From positions 95,854,001 to 95,918,000 of the forward strand of contig OZ076409.1 of NCBI GenBank assembly GCA_964187785.1: a DNA stretch of 64,000 nt, given 5' to 3'. Numbering within the stretch: the first letter of the stretch is position 1; each line of letters starts with the position of its first letter. This document shows positions 49,138-62,646 of this stretch, piece after piece. The position numbers were made by a program, and so were the translations under genes. This DNA is from Amphiscolops sp. MND2022 (lineage: Eukaryota). The notes under the pieces are model-generated. The model saw nothing but the letters and a program-made list of their open reading frames with translations. It was not told the origin of the DNA and ran no database searches.

Positions 49138-52100
49138 ATGTCGTTGCTGAATAATGCTAAGCACATCTGTTGCAGCTGTAGATGGAAAGTGTTCCCCGTC
49201 ATGAAATTTTCCAGGTTTCTAATTTTCAAAGTTCTAATTTCCCAAATATCATTTTCAACAAAAGCCCACAAAATTTCACCTTTCGTTTGTTTTTCAGAAC
49301 CGCAACTCGAAGCGGGAGCAAAAAAGTGAACTATTATGATGTGTTGGGTATTAGTCACACAGCGACCAACGAGGACGTCAAGGCCGCATTTTTATCGAAG
49401 AGCAAAAAAGTTAGTATTAAACAAAGTTCTCATTTTTCCAATCAGCCATTTGAATAATTCTATTTAACTATCGGCAACTGTGGAATGTATAAGTCCGTTC
49501 TCGCACACGTGATTGAGTTATATTAGTATCTTTTACTCAGGCCTGTCTGTTATTCACGGCGTCTTTTCTGAAAAATCACGGCAAAATAAAACACGGGGGA
49601 AATTACGGTATTTTTCTGGCAATCACTTGAAAAAACGGACATTTTGCAGAATTTATTCATCTTTCAACAACTATGAAGCATTGAAGTGAATAAATAACAG
49701 TTGCTTCAGAGTTTCGCCCAATGAACGCCTTTCATCCGTATTGATATTGTTCTATTGAAAGTTCGCTCCACTGGGCGAACTTGTAACGGATGAAGATGAA
49801 TTGTCGTTAAAATCAACCATTTTAATATGAAATACAAACAATTTTGAAGTTTGTTCTGAACAGTATTTTTTACGTTTCGGGTGACAGAGAAAGGCCGCCT
49901 GTGATTCCGTTGTCTAAGATTGACATACTGGAGTGGTCGTGATGACCACAATGCCATTCTTCACTCTGGTTTTAAACGGCACCTTTAGTGGCGTTGATGG
50001 TATGGCGAAAGTTTTTAATGTCTAGCTTTACAGTCGCACGACTTGCCTCTAAATTCTCACGTACCACAATGCATTGTTCTATTTGATTTAAGGCGTAGTG
50101 TTTTTATGGGTCATTTCTCTACAGTGGAAACAAAATTCGCATTTTTTTTTACAAGGCTAGACATATTTTGCGTTGGACTAAAGCGTTAGTCATTACGTTG
50201 AACATGCTAGGTTTGCAATTGCGGAAAATTCAAACATTAAAAACCTTTTTTTGAGAAGTCTGTTTTGCATTGGAAGATTTACGGTTTTCATAGATAAATT
50301 GTTTACGAATTTTCCCTTTGTCCAGAAAACAATTATGAAAATGATAGATGATTATTTTGGAATTCATTTGGCCTTTTTCACAGTTGTAGAAGTATCACTG
50401 AGCGCAGAATGAAGCGATTTCGAAAAAAAAATAATTTTTTTGCTAGCTGTTAACCGAAGGACTAAGCGGTTTCATTTCGGACTAAGAGGTTTCATTTCGG
50501 ATTAAGCGGAGAGGCTTGACTTCGTACCCGATTTACTCTGTAACAGAATTTTGACACCGCGAATTAGCGGCCGCTGAGGATTTTTTCAGCTATTTCATTA
50601 GCGGTAACTAATACAATATCCCCAAAGTCAAAATTTCCTCGCAAAATATACGGAGTTTCAAAATAAATTTCAAAAAATTCTTACTTTTGCTCTCGTAAAA
50701 CCTACACTGTATAAAATATTCCGGTCTGCTATTCTTACAGATTTAATTTAGACTATTCTTACAGATTTAATTTAGGTTACAATTCAAATTTTTAAGGATA
50801 CTTGAAGTTAAACATTTAACAGTTTGAAGAAAAACGTTTTCATCGAAATAGCGATTCCTAAATTAGCGGTTTAGCGATTAGTGGAAGAATTAGCGACGTT
50901 AAAACCCTGCTGTGTAATAAGGTTAACATTATTGGAGGTTGTTGGATTCATTTTTGGATTCATTGGTTGCAGCTACATCCCGATGTGAGCTCAGATCCGA
51001 AGTCTCACGAAGAGTTCAAACTGTTGAACGAAGCGTACAATGCGTTGAAGACCAACAGAGAACGAATGCTGTACAATCGCACTATTCGTGAGGAACCTGT
51101 GATGAAAGATCGATATTTCCGAGAAGGAGACGCTCTTTACGACACGTTGACTGGTCGTGTTTTAAGGTGACGACACCTTAGTTGTTTTCATTTTTCAATC
51201 AAAAAACATCGAATGCCTGTTTTAAAATGAAATTAATTATATGTTCTTTGTAGTTCCTATTAACGGACGGTTATACCGGGGTTATATTTATACGTAAGAC
51301 CTAAAGCTGGCGACATTTATGGGTTAGGGTTTTTTTGTATCCAATTTTTTCTTGTAACGTGCAATTTCATACGTATTTTCACCGCCAATTGAAAAATTTC
51401 TAGTTTGATTATTTCTAATACGGAATAATAAGGAAAACTCTGCAATTTGTCAACGAATTCGGAGCTATATTCAATCGTACGCCTACTTGAACATTTTCAA
51501 AACGTTTTTTTTTTGAAAAAATAAATCCACACCAGAAACTCCTCGTGTTTTCCGTTTGAAAGCCCGGTTTCTCGAAATTTCTCCGCGAAAAAAAAATAGA
51601 AATTGGAGCGGATATGGAAGGTAGTTTCTATAAACCAAGTTCAAAAGTTTGACAAACTAAAAATGCAAACATTAAATTGATGAAATTGTTTCATATGTTG
51701 TGCTACTTGCCATCATCGTGACGCAAATGCAATTAAATTGCTGCTAGTTGTCTCACTAGATGACGGTATTTCGCAGTTTTCAAGCCAAGTTTCCTTACGA
51801 AATAACACGTGAAAAACCGTGAAATCTTCCGATTTTTGGCGGTGATCGAGGGCTCATAAACCAAGGAGATTTAAGCAATGTCTAATCAGCCTAATAAGTT
51901 TGAGAAAAGAGGTGACTTTTTGCTGCTACATCGAATTGTTCTAGAGTACCACTGTATATGAAGTCTATTTTTAGTCGGGGCTTTTATTAATAAAAGAGCC
52001 CGACTATTACAGTCACTCGTTTTTTCAAAGACAGACTCGAAGCGACGAAATTTTTGTTCAGTTTATTCAACTAAACGAATACGTGGGAAACGCATCTAAG

Positions 52101-54642
52101 TTATCGAAAAGGGTCCCCCTTTCAGTTTTTACTTTTTAAACGTAACATAAAAAACCGGATGAGACAAAAGGCCCCCCTTTTCAAGTTTTTTCGGCGCTGA
52201 GATTTTTTTAGAATTTTTTTTGTCTTCAAAGGGTCCCCTCTTCGATTTCATCGAAGTCCCGCGTCGTAATATCCGGAATTAGGGAATTAGGCGTTATATC
52301 CGAACTTTTGACATTATATCCGATCTATATTGCGTTTTTGTAAGGAGGAGGCTCACTCAGGTCTGAAAACAGGAGTTTTTCATGGAAACGTCTTACGCAT
52401 ATTTCAAATCTGCGTTTTTTGAGCCTTAGATATAGCGCCGACTTTAGACGTTCCCGTCTTGTTCTTTCTTTAGCTTATTTCTGACAAATAATAAAACGAT
52501 GGCGCGTACTGAAACCAGGACTTGGTGTCGTGGCTGAAGATTTTGTGCCCTTATTACAAGTTGCAGAGCCTCCTTGCAGTGTCAATAACGGTCCTATAAA
52601 ATAAATTTGGGAAACATCATCGGTAAGTGGAGGGTAATTTATAAATTAGGACAATGTATCACAAATTTTATTGATCGTCGGAAATTATTCGGTTCCGTGG
52701 GAGTTGTTTATGTATATGAAGTTGTTTTTACAGTCGAGGACGCTGAAAATTTGCAAAACGATATTTAAAATTCGCGAACCAATCAGAGATGAAAGATTAA
52801 ATTTTCTCAATTCCCAAATCGACATTCAATTTTAGTATTTGCTCGCATGCCGCTGGTAATTAAGATTGAAAGTTTGCGCCGCTATGCGAAGCAGCATTTT
52901 CATTCTTTCTACCTCTCTTGTAAGTATCATGATAGAAGCGTATGCTAATTTTGAATGTCTATTTTTAAAATTTGATTCTTGTTTTAGGAATTAGCCAATT
53001 GAAATCAAGATTGATAAAGCACGCTGATGTTTGAAAACAAATTTGAATGTCATTTTGCAAATTTTCAATGTTCTACACTGTAAAACAACTTCATATACAT
53101 AAACAACTCCCATGAAACCAAATAATTTCCGACGATCCATAAAATTTGTGATGCATTGTCCTAATTTATAAATTACCCTCCACTTACCGATGATGTTTTC
53201 CAAATTTATTTTAGAGGACCGTTATTGACACTGTAAGAAGGCTCTGCAGCTTGCAGCGTACTGACACCCAAACTCTTTTCACTGACACGCCCTCCATGTA
53301 GTAAGGGCAAAAAATCCCATCTCTCTCTTCACCAAATCCCGGTTTCAGTACGCGCGCTCCTTATCAAAATAAAAAAATTGATATGGTTTTTGGTATGTTA
53401 GGAATCATAATATAGTGTAATAGTCTCTGTTTTGTCGCAGGGATGACGGTACTTTGAACGTGGGAAAGAGCACAGCTAAAACGTACAGAAGAGACAGAAA
53501 AGAGGCGAGGAAGCGAAACTTGCAACTTTTGGGCGCCATCTTTCTCTTCACCTTCGCCTATGCCTCAACCAACTATCTCTTCATTGTCACAACTAGCAAA
53601 AAAAGGTGAGCTTCCCCCATCCAGAGTTTTGACACCGCTTATTCTTTTCGCTTATCGCTAAACCGCTTGTTTTGAAATCGCTATTTCGCTGAAAAACTTT
53701 CTCTTCAAGTAAGTTGAAAAATTGAATAACTTTATTCAGTTTTTCAGAAAAAAGACTGTGTTTTTACAAGGGTGAGAGTTGGAGTTCTTCGAAATTCAAT
53801 TTAAAAGTAGGCGAATACTCAGGAAATTTCTATTAGTTGCAGCTAGTTTGAATCAGTAATAAAATGGCTAAAAGATCAACGCGGCCGCCAATTGACTAAA
53901 TCTTCAATTAGCGGTGCGAAAACTCTGCCCTCATCTAAATATTGAAACCTTCTGACATCGAAATATTTTTGATATAACCTTGATTCAAATGGATTGTTTG
54001 TCTGTTTGTTTTGATTTTATCCCGAATTCAATAAATATTTTCCGGATATATTTCACGAGGTTGTTCAACGTTTCGAGTAGATTAGAAACCATATGTTTTT
54101 GTTGGTGATATTTTAAGCTCAGTTTTTGTTCATTACCATTATATATCTCGCAAAATATCGAGATCTTAATTTTTCAAAAAAGTTTCACTTTTAGTAGTTT
54201 CCGGCAACCTGAGGCTGAGAGATTTGACATTCAAGTATGTTTCAAAATCAAATGATAACTCAATTCAATTTTGCAAGCAAATTTCTGATACTGTGTGAGT
54301 TTTACAAGTATGTTGGAATTTTTCGAAATTGATTTTGAAACTCCGAGGTAATTCATTTTCCGGGATAATTTATGATTTTGGACATTTCTCAGTTGCCGCT
54401 AATGAAATCGCTTAAAAAATATTTGCGCGGCCGCTAAATCGCTGATTATTATAAAGCTGAAGACCAAAAACTATGCGCTAGCAACTGCAAAACATAAGAT
54501 CGAAAGTTTTCTTTTGAGCAAATAGAAAGTAAACGATCAACCGGAATATGGAATATTGTAGTTACCGAGTTGGAGTAATTTTTGATTAAAAATTAAGTGT
54601 GCTTTTACCCAAATATACCTTTTTGCGTTTTTCAGAATTTGA
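49138..54642 (+). CDS. DNAJC4: DNAJC4-like J-domain protein, paralog 3
   Basis: Exons 49138-49214 (MSLLNNAKHICCSCRWKVFPVMKFSR), 49298-49409 (NYYDVLGISHTATNEDVKAAFLSKSKK), 50973-51166 (LHPDVSSDPKSHEEFKLLNEAYNALK...), 53441-53605 (TM: NLQLLGAIFLFTFAYASTNYLFIV); probable last exon 54636-54642 (tttttcag|A ATT TGA). Confidence 0.8.
49298..49409 (+). CDS. Paralog 3 exon 2 (J-domain N-half)
   Basis: ttttcag|A...AAA|gttagt. Confidence 0.85.
50544..50909. mobile_element. hAT-like MITE, family H
   Basis: TIRs as above; TSD CTCTGTAA/CTGTGTAA. Confidence 0.85.
50973..51166 (+). CDS. Paralog 3 exon 3 (HPD)
   Basis: ttgcag|CTACATCCCGAT...AG|gtgacg. Confidence 0.9.
51968..52463 (+). mobile_element. HINE family A (GACG-hairpin subfamily)
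   Basis: Ends GCGCCGACTttAGACGttccCGTCTTGTT. Confidence 0.75.
52502..53355. mobile_element. Foldback element with ~270-bp imperfect inverted arms
   Basis: GCGCGTACTGAAACC...TAAAATAAATTTGGGAAACATCATCGGTAAGTGGAGGG mirrored at ~53030-53355. Confidence 0.8.
53441..53605 (+). CDS. Paralog 3 exon 4 (TM)
   Basis: gtcgcag|G...AG|gtgagc, phase 2-2. Confidence 0.8.
53622..53927. mobile_element. hAT-like MITE, family H
   Basis: CAGAGTTTTGACACCGC / GCGGTGCGAAAACTCTG; TSD CCCCCATC/CCCTCATC. Confidence 0.85.
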
Positions 54643-55923
54643 TATTACTACTACACTGCCTTTTTAGAATCGTATAATATCTCTGAGTTTAACCAAGGAA
54701 TTCAGTGTTTTTTTTGAAAAAAGTTGTTCACGTATATGTTTTCTTGTTTAGTGTGGAGAATGACTGGAAAGTGGACAGTGATGAAGAATATTTGAAACTC
54801 AAATGTCCGGAACCAGAAGACACTTCACCGAAAACAGTCTTGTCGTGATTCTTGCATTTTTCATTCATTGACTTTTCAATTTTAAAATAAATTAGACTTA
54901 GAGAAAACAGACGACTAGAATTGAAGTTTTGAAGAAGTTGAGTCTTCTCTGTTGACAGCAAGAAGGAGGCATGAAGTGAGCTAGTGTTTACGTTTAGAGC
55001 TGGTATATAGAAAGAGCTCCGTCTGCATTCAAATTAGAATGCAAATCATTGCCGCTTACAAGTAGAAGTTTCTTCCACTTGAGTAACAAAGCCCATAGTC
55101 CAAGATTAAGTCGCTCCTCCAACGAAATACATACCAAGTTTGCTCGCAAAAAAGAAAAGTGAAAAAGTGGATAATTTTACGTAGAATTGAAACATTTACT
55201 GAAAATTTATATTATTTCATCCCGAATCTATTTGCGGAAATCATGGATGAATTTCTCGTAATCTCAGCATTTTTTGCGGCTACAGAAAAAGACCCGAAAG
55301 CCTTGCAAAGGACGTATATGCAGGAATCTGGGAATTTGCCGGAAACAAGTTCCTAAAATGAGAAATACGAGCTGAAAACTGTTTTAGCTAGCTTCAAATG
55401 TTTATTTGTTCATCTGCCTCGTTCACGCTCTAAAATAACATGGCTCTCGTGAAAATTACTACTTGATCTGGAATATTACGACTCTAGAAGGGATTTTTGT
55501 CCGTCAGTCTGAGTCATTTTGAGCTGTTATTTTGGTCGGCGCTGTTCGAAGGAAAATTGACTATGAAACTGTCATTTTGAAAGACAAGCGAACTGACAAA
55601 TTATATAAGCATTTCTATAAGTTAACTTAGTAACTTCTAACTGCCGCTTGGCCTCGCAGTAAGCACGGTATATCCGAATTTTGGACGTTCTATCGGAAGT
55701 AAGTTACGGTTTACTAAGGAGGTGGAAATTCGAAAGTATTGCGCTATAATTCTTGTCGGATTTTTCTAACTTTTCTCACGTTCCACTATCAACTGCGGAC
55801 GACCACTTGACGTAGTGGATGAATGGATGACTGTAAATCAAGGGAAAGCAGCCTGCGTGGGTTCGACTCCAAGGATGGACTCGTTTTTTTTATTGTTTTA
55901 TTAGTTTTGTGTCCCTGTCATAC

Positions 55924-56213
55924 TTTTTGCACATGACGAAGTCAATGTGCATTGCAGTCCAGCTAAGAAAGTTTTTTTTCCACAAAAGTCACTTCATAAT
56001 GAGCGCCTTTTAGACAAAAGCCAAAACCCCTGAGAGATTCGAACCTGCAGCCTCCCGATTGCACGGCATAAGTGTTGACAACTGTGCCATAGGGACGTTA
56101 TTGAACAAAGTTGAACTGTTGAATATATACGCATGCGATTAAAATAATATATATACGCATATTAAAATAATGTCTTCGTCATGTGTTGCGAAGCACCGCT
56201 TCGCCTCTGTGTT
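55924..56213 (+). mobile_element. HINE family C, second copy
   Basis: Near-identical to 20413-20710. Confidence 0.8.
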
Positions 56214-56454
56214 TGAAATTTTTGAAACTTTTACAAAGGGTCCCATTTGTGTTTTCGAAAAAAAACCGTTAAGCGAACCTTAAGGGTCTCTTGGATTTTT
56301 TGGCACTATGCAACTTTTTTCAAAGATTGTTTTGAAAAAACTTTCAAAAATACGGGCTATTTCACTGTTTCAAGTAGTGGATAAAGCGGTTTTTGAGTCT
56401 CAAGGATCCCCTTCGGACATTTTTCGGCACTGTCTTATAATTGAAAAGACTAGC

Positions 56455-59400
56455 AAACTAACAAATGACCCTTTGGGTTTTGTTGTGTTTGTGAACAATA
56501 TTTTGTGTTCGTATACAAAACTTGACACCATTGATAACATTTGTTTGGCTAATGTATAGTTAGAAAAGTCGCATACCACTTTGATAGATCAACGTAAAGA
56601 TATTTTTATATCAACTCCGTTTTTACCCAGTAGTTTTTAGAGAATATTACATGGCGCAGTCAGCATTCTTAATAGACAATTAATTTTTACCGAAACAAAA
56701 AAGATAACCCAAAAAAAGACCAAAGAAACAAGCCAAATCGAAGTACCGAACCTCCAAGCCACATCAGACGGGAAAAGAATATTTACACCGGAACAGTGGG
56801 TCGACAAATTCAGACAGTACACAAAAAGAAAATACAAGATAGACATTGCCGAATTAATACGGGGAGCTGACGTAAGACAAAACGGTTGGACCGAAAAAGA
56901 AAATGAAATACAAGAAGATTTCATATGGGTATCGGACCCGTATCAAATGACAGATTGTTCAACGAATATTTCTTACCAAAAAGAAACACGTAACACAACC
57001 GTGGAGAATTCTTGTGGACCAGACGGTCAAAAACCGGAAAACTTCTGGCGGAGAGTGACAGAAATCGAAAAAGAAGTGCGTTCGAAGGAATAAGAGCCGA
57101 AGATTTACTTATCTCCAACTTCATGACCGCAATCGCAGACACAAAACTCCGAGACAACCTAATGAAAGAGAAAAAATTGGAATTGAAGAAAACAATCGAA
57201 ATGATCAAACAAAACACCTTCGAAAGAAAAAACCGGAAAACACAAAACTAGAAGCCCTCATCACAAACCGACAAAAGAAATAAAAGAAGAACCAATACAG
57301 ATAATGTAAATATTCGGTACAAAACCGAAAAACAGAACAATAAACGAAAAACCATGTAAATTTTGCAACGCACCAAACTCGATTCCCTCACAAATGCGCG
57401 GCATTGGACAAATTATGCAACAACTGCGGGAGAAAGGGACATTTCGCATGAGCATGCAGACAAAGAGAAAATAACAAGCGGAGAATACGTAATGTTACCG
57501 AAGGAGAAACAACAATGGTTGGAAATGAATCTGACCAATCAGAATCAAGCATCTACCGGATTGAGAAAATAAATAGAATTACAGACAAAAACAAATAGTT
57601 GACATCAGTAAAAATAAATGGCACAGAAAACGAGTTTATTACTGACATCGGATCACCAATTTCAATAATACCGCGAGACGACAACATACTGAAGAAAACC
57701 GAAATCCAAAAAGTGAAACATCGATACCAAGACGTAAACAAAAACGAAGTGAATTTCCGTGGACAAATACCGGTAGATATTGAATAGGAAAATAAACAGA
57801 AGATGCAAATATTGATTACCGAAAGAAATGACATAACACCACTACTCGAAATGGACTGGCTGAAGAATTTCAATCTGACAATTACAAACATTCGATTGGA
57901 TGAGAGAAAACAATCAGAAAAGAGACAAGTGATGGAACAGTTTCCGGATCTATTCAAGAAGAACACTACGACGAAAGATACCGAAATAAACTTACATATC
58001 AAACCGGGACACTATCCAGTGAAATAAAGAGCGAGACCGATACCACTACACCTTCAAGAAAAAGTCGGGAAAAGAACTGGAAATGTTACTGAAAACGGGA
58101 CACTTGGAAAAAGTAAAACAAGTAGATGGAGACTGTTTTCTATCTCCGGTTGTAATAACGGTAAAAAATGACAAACCAATAGAGATCGCATTAGACTCGA
58201 GAAAATTAAACAACAGCTGCATAAAAATCAGACCACACATGCCGAACATGGAGGAGCAATTGAACGAAATTTCGGTAGAAATAACGAGAGACCGAACAAA
58301 GAAATCAATCATCTCGAAAATTAGATCTAGACTACGCATGTGGTCAGATGAAGTTGTCGAGAGAAACAAGCCGACAATGCGTATTCGCAATAACTGGGGG
58401 AAAATTCAGCGAATACCACAGATTCAAAAAAGGTTTTTACGGATTCGCCGAAATCCCGACCATCTTCCAAGAAAAATGACCGAACACAAGAATTCTCAAC
58501 ACCGGCCTGGCTAGACGACATAATGGTCGTCACCCGAGGAAGACGGGAAGATCATGAGAAGAAACTATTCGATGTTCTAAAGAAACTGGAAGACGCTGCG
58601 GCTTACCGGGCAAGTGAACGAAAAGAAATCCCAGTTTCTCCTAAATAAAACAAAGTGGCTGGGACATGAAATTGATGATACCGGTAATAAACCGAACAAC
58701 GAAAAAGTGGAAGCAATAGTTGACTCCCGGAAACTAAGAAACAATTAAAATCATTTCTCGGAGCAATCCAATACATTGCAAAATTTCTACCGAGACTACC
58801 GGAAAGAACTGAAAGATTGCGAAGATTACTGTAGAAACATTCCAAATGGAACTGGGGAAAAGTACAAGATTCAATAGATATCAATAGTATTTAAAATAGT
58901 AACCGAAGAACCTTTTTTAGCTCATTATGCGAAAGACCGAGAAAACATCGTAACAAACGACGCAAGTAAAACCGGTCTTGAAATAACATTATTGGAAAAA
59001 CATTCGGACGGATAAATTAAACCGATAGCATTCCGTAGCAGATATTTGAACGCAAGTGAGAAAAATAAATACAATCGGACAACTAGAATTACTAGCCGTA
59101 GCATGGGGTTTAGAAAAGTTCCGAATTTGCCTTTACGGAAAATGTCTTTCTTTATACAGACCACCAAGCACTTGAACCGTTGAATCAAACAAATAGGTGC
59201 AATAAGCAATACAGCGCAAGGCTGACAAGACTTGGATATTGCCATCCACACATCGCAGGAAGTAATTTAAAATTACCGATTTTCTAAGTAGAAGTCCGGT
59301 AGAGGAAGCAACGACCGGAGACACGTACGATGAGCAATACGTAATTAACGTCTATTAATTAACGTAATTAAATAGCCCGGATATTATGGTGGCCAAACAT

Positions 59401-60454
59401 CCTACAATGAAATCGAAGATCGAACAAAAAACTGTGTAGCCTGCATGACATCGGGTAAGAAGTTAAAGTACCAAATACCGAAAAATGAAACCGGAAAATA
59501 AAAAACACTAACCAAACCGGGAAAAAAATACAAATTGATTTCTCCGGAAAATAAACAACAAAAAACTAAACGGCGAATACCAACTGGTAATAGCGGTAGA
59601 TAGATTTAGCAAATGGCCGAACGCTAAAATTTGTAAATTGTCAGAAACAAAAGAAGTACCGAATTTTTTAAACCAAAAATTTAACCTAAATGGACTCCTC
59701 GAAAAAATCAAAACGGATAAAGGTGGAGAATTCATATCGAAAGAATATAAAGAATTTTGCAAATCGCTAAATATAGGATATGAATATAGCACACCAAGAC
59801 TACACACCGGCGCAGTAGAGCGTGCTATACAGATCATAAAGAATTTAAGAATTTAATAATAGCCAATCTGGAAGACAATCTGCCGGAAGACGAGTTAAAT
59901 CTCCACATGGACGGAGAGTTACAAACCGGTGAGAATAAAGAAAATATTATCAACCGAAAATCAAAAAACTAGACGGTCAAACCGGGAAAGTAAACAACCA
60001 AATAGATACGGGGTTAACATATACACGAAAATTCTGGATGACATAATAACTATAAATGTTACAAAAGACAAACTTACAGAAAAAGCGCGCCAATGCCACT
60101 GCACAAGCCAACGGACTTTACCCGGGAGAAAACACCCACGCCGGAAAACTCCAGAATGCAAAGACAAGAAAACCCAGGAGGGGGAAATGATATACGGTGT
60201 AAAATACCGAACCGAATTTTTTCGGAGAAAGTGCCAATCCAAATCAGCGACAGTTTCAGACTAACCAATGACCCTTTATGTTTTGTTGTGTTTGTGAACA
60301 ACATTTTGTGTTCGTGTGACAAACTTGATACCATTGATAACATTTGTTTGGCTAGTGTATAATTAGAAAAGTCGCATACCACTTTGATAGATCAACGAAA
60401 AGATTTTTCTATTTCAACTCCGTTTTTACCCAGTAGCTTTTAGAGATTATTACA
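56455..60454 (+). mobile_element. Decayed Ty3/gypsy LTR retrotransposon
   Basis: Truncated 5' LTR ending ATTACA (56651), PBS TGGCGCAGTC; gag CCHC knuckle (CNNCGRKGH), protease (FITDIGS), RT (WLDD), RNase H (DASKTG), integrase (VDRFSKW, TDKGGEF) in gypsy order; PPT AGGAGGGGGAAA; 3' LTR ~60188-60454; many frameshifts. Confidence 0.92.
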
Positions 60455-61606
60455 CCCCCTTTCGCATTTTCCGGCACTATGTGACTTACCGGAGACAAAA
60501 AAAACTTTGAAAAAATTTTTAAGTCCTTTTGCTATTTTTGAGCCTTAGATATGGCGCTGACATGGGCCGTCCCATGCTTGCTCAAACCTAATCCTCGTAG
60601 CTCTAAGTAACTATTTCAAAAAGCGTGAATCCAGTGTGTGGTAATCATTTACTTGTTGTAGCATTTGTTTTTCTGCGAGTGTAAAGTATCATGCTTCTTG
60701 CAGTAAGCTACAAAAATTTTCAGTGGATTCTCTTGGTGAAATACGAGGCTTACCTTTTCGCAATGTTTCAAAATTAGGAATAATACGGGACGTTTTGAGC
60801 ACGATGATTTCACTTCTGTAAATTTCAAGAAAAATGGGATGTTGTCTCTCAATTTGTTTCATGTGTTCGGATTTTTGAGACGGTGTTTTCAACAATTTTT
60901 TGCATATTTCACTTAATGGAACTCAATTTGCAACATTGACGAGATGATGTTAATGCTGAAAAACATTTCTTGGTTTACCAAATTTTACCAAAAATGCTCA
61001 ACTGAATTGTCGATTTTTTTTCAAATTCAAAGAGGGTCATTTGCCTGCAAGCGCGTAAGAAGGCATATGAGCTCCAAGTATTTTAGGGAATACCCGTACG
61101 ACTCTCTCTCGGAATGAGAGCCGAACCTCGGATACAAGTGCCTCCGGAGCGGGCTCTTATTACCTCGGTGATCCTACTACCATTCTTTAACTACGACTTA
61201 GTTGTTTTGTCACTTTGAAGCGTCAACGTATATAATAGTTTCAAATTCAAAAACTTAAGCTAGGTTTCTTAGTAGAAAGTTCAGAAGAAAGATTTTAGAT
61301 AGGAGGTTTTTGGAGAACACATAAGACGCTTTTTGTTGGTGGAAAAACAACGAGAACAAACAGTCCTTACCTTGGGTTTTTCGTCGCTGCAATTTTCGAA
61401 GAAACAATTTCACACATTTGGCTTTTTCATGTTCATAGTCAGTGGAAAATTGTTTCTACTTTACTGTTTTTGAGCCGTAAGCAGGTTGTCAAATTGGGTC
61501 GCGTTCTAGGCTGGTTCAGTTTTCTCTGTTTTCCACTTTTTCTTTATAAGTGTTCCATATCATGGTAACCACATGAAGATGCAAGAAGGCATCTTTTCAA
61601 CTTGCT

Positions 61607-62646
61607 AACAAGCCGGGAACGGCCCAAGTCGGCGCCACATCTAAGGCTCAAAAATATCAAAAGGACTTCAAAGTTTCAAAGTATTGGTGAATAGGCACAA
61701 AAAAACTTTCCTAATTGAAAACATCGCAAAAACTAGAGGAGAGACCAAGATGAGAAACATTTTCGAAAAGAAAAGTTGCATAGTGCCGAAAAACAAACCC
61801 AAATGCTAAGCCCTTTTGGCCTCGTATAGTTTGTAACTTAGCTAAAACTAAAATAAGTGAAAGGGAAAACCGTTGGCCGAATGGGATGCAATTTGGATCT
61901 CAGGCTACAATTCTGCTATAAAGGGTACGTACAATCAGTAGAAACAAGACTGGAACGTCTAAAGTCGGCGCTATAACTAAGGCTCAAAAAGCGCACTTTT
62001 TTTAAATGTAAAAGGGGGACTCTTTGGGCGTTTTGGAAATACAGTTTGCTGCGAAATATCAAACAAATTGAAAGGGGACCCTTTGGAAACATTAAAAAAA
62101 ATTTCGAAAAAAAAATTGCGGTGCCGAAAAAAAATTGGTTTTGTATCCTACGTTAAAAATTGAGTACACAAAAGGGGGACCCTTTGCACTAACTTAGATG
62201 CGTTTTCGCTTGCCGGTCCAATAGTTTAGTAGTTCTGTAGAAAAAGTGTCCACTACGCATACATTCTGTTATCTGACGAAAAAAAAGAAAAACAAAACTT
62301 GCCACTGTAATACCTTATTTTCTTGATTAAAAGCCGCGGCTCTTATTTTTTTTCGACGACTTTTTTCCGCGGCTCTTATCCGAAGGCGGCTCTTAAAATA
62401 TTTCACCGAAATTTATTTAATTTTCCAAGAAACCAATGTTCTCAGAAACATTCTGATTTCTGAGAAATACATTTCTCAGAAACATTCCCATTTCTGAGAA
62501 AAACATTTCTCAGAAACATTCTCGTTTTAAACATTCTCGTTGCTGGGAAATTCAGCGCGGACTTTATCATTTCCGTTGGAACAATGAGTGCAAAAAATAC
62601 GAAAAAATTTTACGATATTAACTTTAAGCTAGAAGTCATCAATTTT
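61607..62646 (-). mobile_element. Nested HINE(HINE(pogo 5' end)) composite
   Basis: Outer 3' end 61607, inner 3' end 61943, pogo TIR 62313 and ATG 62584; inverted homolog of ~45020-46155. Confidence 0.8.

Larger units (their letters stand above)
55530..60580 (+). mobile_element. HINE family A sequence interrupted by a family C element and a gypsy element
   Basis: TTTTGGTCGGCGC at 55530; family A internal sequence on both sides of the gypsy; degenerate 3' end near 60580. Confidence 0.5.

Noticed and set aside
55159..55361. Alternative last exon for paralog 3
   Set aside because: Acceptors are weaker than tttttgcgtttttcag at 54635, and there is no similarity to the other paralog tails; not excluded.
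56700..59900. Active gypsy gag-pol
   Set aside because: Numerous stops, frameshifts and deletions, and a truncated 5' LTR.
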